This document shows positions 60,224-64,000 of a DNA stretch of 64,000 nt, piece after piece. Both the position numbers and the translations under genes were made by a program. The number at the start of each line of letters is the position of its first letter. Positions within the stretch are counted from its first letter, which is position 1. Origin of the DNA: Selaginella moellendorffii (lineage: Eukaryota > Plantae > Lycopodiophyta); the NCBI RefSeq assembly GCF_000143415.4, contig NW_003314332.1, forward strand, positions 62,001 through 126,000. The letters are read 5' to 3'. The notes beneath the pieces were generated by a model. The model was not told the DNA's origin. It made no database searches and saw only the letters and a list, made by a program, of their open reading frames with translations.

Positions 60224-61516
60224 ATGAGCATAGTGGTGGATTTCAATCCTCCGTCGGCCTGGAGGCGGCCACAAGATGGAAGGAAATGCGGGTTCAAGTA
60301 CAAGGCCATGGTGAGGTTCCTGGCACTCACGAGACGACGGCTTTGCGTGCTGGGTTTGCACAGCACAATGGATTGCACAGCTCCTCAAAGTGGGTCTTCA
60401 GGAGATCTGGAGGGCAGCAGCAACTGTGATTGCTGGTGCGGATGCGGGAGGAGGCAAGTGCTTGCATCAATCCTGGGAACATCGCTAGCAACGAGTGAGG
60501 CTGGACTACATGCAGGTGGCCTTGAAGATGGCTATCTAGTAGTAACAGTTATCCTTTTCTTCGCAACTTTTCCTTGTTCTTCTTTCTTGCTCTTCTCTTT
60601 CGCAGCAAACGCTGAGAGCAGTCCATCCGAAAAGGCCTGACTGGTACGAGGAGTTCTACGCACAAAGCATAAAATGTGGAATGGTGGCTTACGAGGCTGA
60701 GGTGAACGACTTACAAACTCTCGATGAAAATTTTTTCTTCCATGAAATCCTTCTAGGCGGCGAAATACAAAGAGAAACTGTTCGAGAGCCTGAGACAAAG
60801 ATCGGCTGCCACCACTGTTTTGGAGCTCGGTGTCGGCACGGGTCCAAATCTCAAGTATTACGCGAGATCAGGGAGCGGCATGAGTGTCATTGGGATCGAT
60901 CCCAACGAAAAAATGGAGAAGTACGCTCGAGCTGCTGCAGCCGATGCCGGGCTATCGAATTCCCAATTCAAGTTTATCCATGCCGTGAGTGCGACAATGT
61001 TCACAAGTTCATGAGTTTCTACTCTTTTTCTTTCCAGGTTGGAGAGCAAATACCCCTCGCCACTTCGACCGTAGATTCGGTCATCTCAACTCTGGTGCTG
61101 TGCTCGGTGAAAGATCTAAATTCAACTCTCCAAGGTTGTTTTTTTTTTTTCTCGATCTTCCGTTTAACACTCCTTGAATTAATGTAGAAGTGAAGCGAGT
61201 CCTCAAGCCCGGAGCTACGTTCTACTTCCTGGAGCACGTTGCGGCTCAAGGTACTGGCTACTGGAAACTCTCCTTGCGCTCCTGATCTCAGTCTCTCGCG
61301 TGAATCAATCCAGAAGGAAGCAGCGTGAGATTCTGGCAAAACGTTCTCGACCCCGTCCAACAGTTCGTCGCCGATGGCTGCCACCTCACCCGTGACACTC
61401 TTTCCGGCATCCAGTCCGCCAGCTTCGCGAGCGTCGCGGCGCAGCGAATCAACATCAGCAGCGCCTTCCTGATCTCGCCGCATGTCATAGGGACCGCGCA
61501 ATCTTCACGGTTGTAA
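60224..61516 (+). CDS. SAM-dependent methyltransferase type 11, METTL7/TMT1-like, with probable N-terminal transit peptide; exons about 60224-60541, 60606-60701, 60757-60984, 61038-61134, 61188-61250, 61314-61516
   Basis: Spliced frame gives HPKRPDWYEEFYA, VLELGVGTGPN, GIDPN, LVLCSV, EVKRVLKPG...LEHV and DGCHLTR. GT-AG introns of 53-64 nt. Start codon (60224 versus 60308) and first donor uncertain. Confidence 0.9.
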
Positions 61517-61675
61517 CAACAAAAATTTGATCCTCCTCGGTGGAAAAATGCAATCACGACCATTCAAAGAGCTGCAGCTCAGAGCGGCGTGGCAGGAAAA
61601 CAATTTCGAGGTAAAGTCTCCATCCACCTACTTACATCTTCCTTCGCATTTAAGCTCACGGCCACCGCGTGTTTT

Positions 61676-61735
61676 AGAGAGAGCGAGCGAGCGAGCGAGT
61701 GAGAGATCATAGAGTGAGCGAGCGAGCGAGCGAGA
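61676..61735. repeat. (GAGC)n/(GA)n microsatellite in the 5' region of the small secreted protein gene
   Basis: Directly visible. Confidence 0.8.
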
Positions 61736-61771
61736 TTAAACTCGAGGAGGGAAAAGAGCGAGCGAGCACAA

Positions 61772-62116
61772 ATGGCTAATGCTTTTGGATTCCTTCTCTC
61801 GTGCGTGGTGGTTCTATCAGCATCCTTGTTTGTTTGCACAGAGGCGCGCTCCAGAGTTTTGTGCGCTCGCTCGCATCCTTGCTGCGGGATCTTTCCACCT
61901 GCCGGTTGCTTTGGGCCGCGAAGAGCTCTCGACTGCGAATGCCCGGGTCCGATCGTTCGCCCACATCCTCCTCGTCCAGCCTCGGGCCCTGCTCACGGCC
62001 CAAAGCCACCACCAAAATTCCCTCCATTCCCGTTCCCATGGTTTCCTCCATTTCCATTTCCCTTCAGGTTCCCACCATTTCCAAGACATGCTCCACCACC
62101 ACTGCCTAATGTGTAA
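61772..62116 (+). CDS. Small secreted Cys-rich / Pro-Phe-rich protein (114 aa)
   Basis: Good ATG context (ACAAATGGCT), hydrophobic signal peptide ending CTEA, six-Cys module, tail of FPPFPF repeats. Confidence 0.7.
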   Translation: MANAFGFLLSCVVVLSASLFVCTEARSRVLCARSHPCCGIFPPAGCFGPRRALDCECPGPIVRPHPPRPASGPAHGPKPPPKFPPFPFPWFPPFPFPFRFPPFPRHAPPPLPNV

Positions 62117-62215
62117 CTAAAATACTACCACCATAGTCGCCACCTTTTAGTTCCACGTAACTATAGATCCGCCACCTAGAAGTTTTCACACAAAAATTAA
62201 TAAAAAGGGATGTTT

Positions 62216-62289
62216 TTCCATTGCCGGGATTTGAACCCGGGTCGCCTGGGTGAAAGCCAGGTATCCTGACCGGACTAGACGACAATGGA
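62216..62289 (-). tRNA. tRNA-Glu(TTC)
   Basis: TCCATTG/CAATGGA acceptor stem, CCTGG-CTTTCAC-CCAGG anticodon arm, GGTTCAAATCC T-loop, downstream T5 terminator. Confidence 0.97.
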
Positions 62290-62559
62290 ATTGCAAGAAG
62301 CCTCTTCTGGCCAGTGCTTTCAATATCCATGGACAATTGTGTAAACTAACACTTTTTCCCTTGACTAGCTTGTTACTCGTTACATGAGAAAGTGTAACAT
62401 ATCTACAGTTGGGGATGCTTTTGCTTTTGCTCAGGAATCTAGAGGCTGTGAGATCTTGAGTTTGAGTTTGGTGGTGCGTCTCCTTCGCATTCACAAAGGG
62501 AGCTGGAGCAACTTGAAGAACCCTAACACGTTTCTTACAGCTTCGTATTAGGGTGGCGG

Positions 62560-62592
62560 TTGATTGATTGATTGATTGATTGATTGATTTGA
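62560..62592. repeat. (GATT)n microsatellite
   Basis: Directly visible. Confidence 0.9.
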
Positions 62593-63036
62593 TCCTCACT
62601 TCTACAAAATATACTTTGTAAGGTGTACTCTCTACATATACTGCCTGTAGGTACACTGCAAAAGCTGAAAGACAAAAAAGAAGGAATACTAATGATCTCA
62701 AATGACAAAAACGGTCTTTTTTTCCTTATTTTTTTCCTTTTTGGCTTGTAAAAAAAAATTGATCGCATCTCTCGCTTGAGAGTGTTGTAATGTGTATTGA
62801 TTGATTGACGATCTTATCCTCCCAAAAAGACCTCTATGTACACCAAGGGAATAAAAAAATGATAAAAAGAGATTTTTTCACATTTTTCCAGCCTCTCACA
62901 CTGGGTCATTCCAACGATCCAAGCGAATCAAACCTTTGCAACAAACGAACGAACGAGCGATCGGTCGGGTTGTGCTGTGCGATCGCGGAAAAAAATCCAA
63001 AGAGAAAAGTATAAACCTCGCGGGCGCGTCTATGTA

Positions 63037-63939
63037 TCATCTCATCAAGATCAATCCACTGTCCTGCCCCGAATCCTTCTTGCAGGACGCCATTTCCGGC
63101 TGCTGCTGCTGCTGCTGCTGGCAGCGGCGCTGCTCCAGCTTGAAATTCGCCTGGCAGATCTTGGCCAGCGACTGCAAGTTGCACCGCACCACCGTGTCGG
63201 TGAAAACGCGAGTATCCTCCCTGGTGTTCCCCTCTGGAACATCCACCACATAGGATTCCATCACCACCGTCACCACCTTCCTGGTGGGAGCCAAAGTTGC
63301 CGGAGCTGTTCTTCCGTGATCCCCGGAAGAACACCTCAAACCTGCGCTGCCGCCACCGGTGGCGATGGCCATGGAAATGGATCCACCACCACCATCGCTC
63401 ACCTCAAACTCGTGCAAGCTTGTGACGGAGGCGTAGTTCCGAAGGCGGTGCTCGCCACCAACGACGCGGAAGCTGACGATGTGGTGCTCGTCGTCCAGGA
63501 TCTCCAGCCTCTCGGTACTGCAGCTAGCGGGGAGGCCCGAGATGAGCGTGATGTTGCGGAGGCTGCCCACGCTGCTGCCATCGCCGCTGGCGATGACGCA
63601 CGCCTTGACGAAGCGCTTGTAGGCCTGGGGCGTGTCGAAGCGGCGGAGCATCGGCCACACAGCGCTGACGGGCGCATCGATCCGCTGGAGCAAGAGATTG
63701 GCGCACTGGTGGGGCTGCGCGGCCGAGAGCACGCTGTGGAGGCGCCACCGCGATTCGTCCAGCTGCAATCGCTGCTGGGGCGTGAGCATATCGTCCACCT
63801 CTTTGCCGGTGGTGATTGTGGCGGCAGTGGTGGTGTTGTCCGATCCTCCGCCTCCGGCTCTCTCGACTTTGCTGGGCTTGGAGTGATCGTCCAGAGATAC
63901 CACGTCCTCGAGACGGATGATCCGCTGCTCCACCACCAT
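63037..63939 (-). CDS. PYL: PYR/PYL/RCAR abscisic acid receptor (START/Bet v1 fold)
   Basis: [11 protein letters not shown], gate [14 protein letters not shown], latch [31 protein letters not shown]. The frame is open to the window edge so the start may lie upstream. Possible intron at 63281-63409. Confidence 0.96.
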   Translation of the reverse strand: MVVEQRIIRLEDVVSLDDHSKPSKVERAGGGGSDNTTTAATITTGKEVDDMLTPQQRLQLDESRWRLHSVLSAAQPHQCANLLLQRIDAPVSAVWPMLRRFDTPQAYKRFVKACVIASGDGSSVGSLRNITLISGLPASCSTERLEILDDEHHIVSFRVVGGEHRLRNYASVTSLHEFEVSDGGGGSISMAIATGGGSAGLRCSSGDHGRTAPATLAPTRKVVTVVMESYVVDVPEGNTREDTRVFTDTVVRCNLQSLAKICQANFKLEQRRCQQQQQQQPEMASCKKDSGQDSGLILMR

Positions 63940-64000
63940 CCCAGCGCGGGTCTGGTAATCGGACAAGAACCCACGAGCGATTAGCGATGGGGGAGCAAAA

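Noticed and set aside
62186-62701. Possible secreted peptide ORF starting LRSLVFLLFCLSAFAVY
   Set aside because: Starts at TTG, runs through a GATT microsatellite and the tRNA gene, and has no recognisable domain.
62977-63984. 335-aa plus-strand ORF
   Set aside because: Antisense to the PYL coding sequence.

Overview
This is eukaryotic plant DNA, most likely a lycophyte such as Selaginella (inferred from ~50-65 nt introns, the PYL sequence and the TE lineages). About 1-59,800 is a nested cluster of decayed transposons. It holds: a Tcn1/Tf1-like chromovirus (2898-7919) with a self-priming site; 5S-rRNA-carrying Cassandra-type TRIMs (one near-intact at 26017-26609 plus solo and degenerate copies); a non-autonomous LARD-like element with microsatellite-filled LTRs (20855-29263, truncated sibling at 36107); a young tRNA-Arg-primed non-chromovirus Ty3 element (41244-52097) whose gag, pol and extra 3' ORF share one reading frame; several MULE/SWIM transposase relics, two of them forming a 4-kb inverted repeat; and further Ty3 and possible hAT remnants. 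The most unusual signal is a decayed, intron-containing minus-strand gene (about 201-8160, split by two retroelements). Its C-terminus has the motif order of a bacterial-type beta-class N4-cytosine/N6-adenine DNA methyltransferase, and it lies head-to-head with a MULE-like transposase. The last ~4 kb is gene-dense: a METTL7-like SAM methyltransferase, a small secreted Cys/Pro/Phe-rich protein, tRNA-Glu(TTC) and a PYR/PYL/RCAR ABA receptor.
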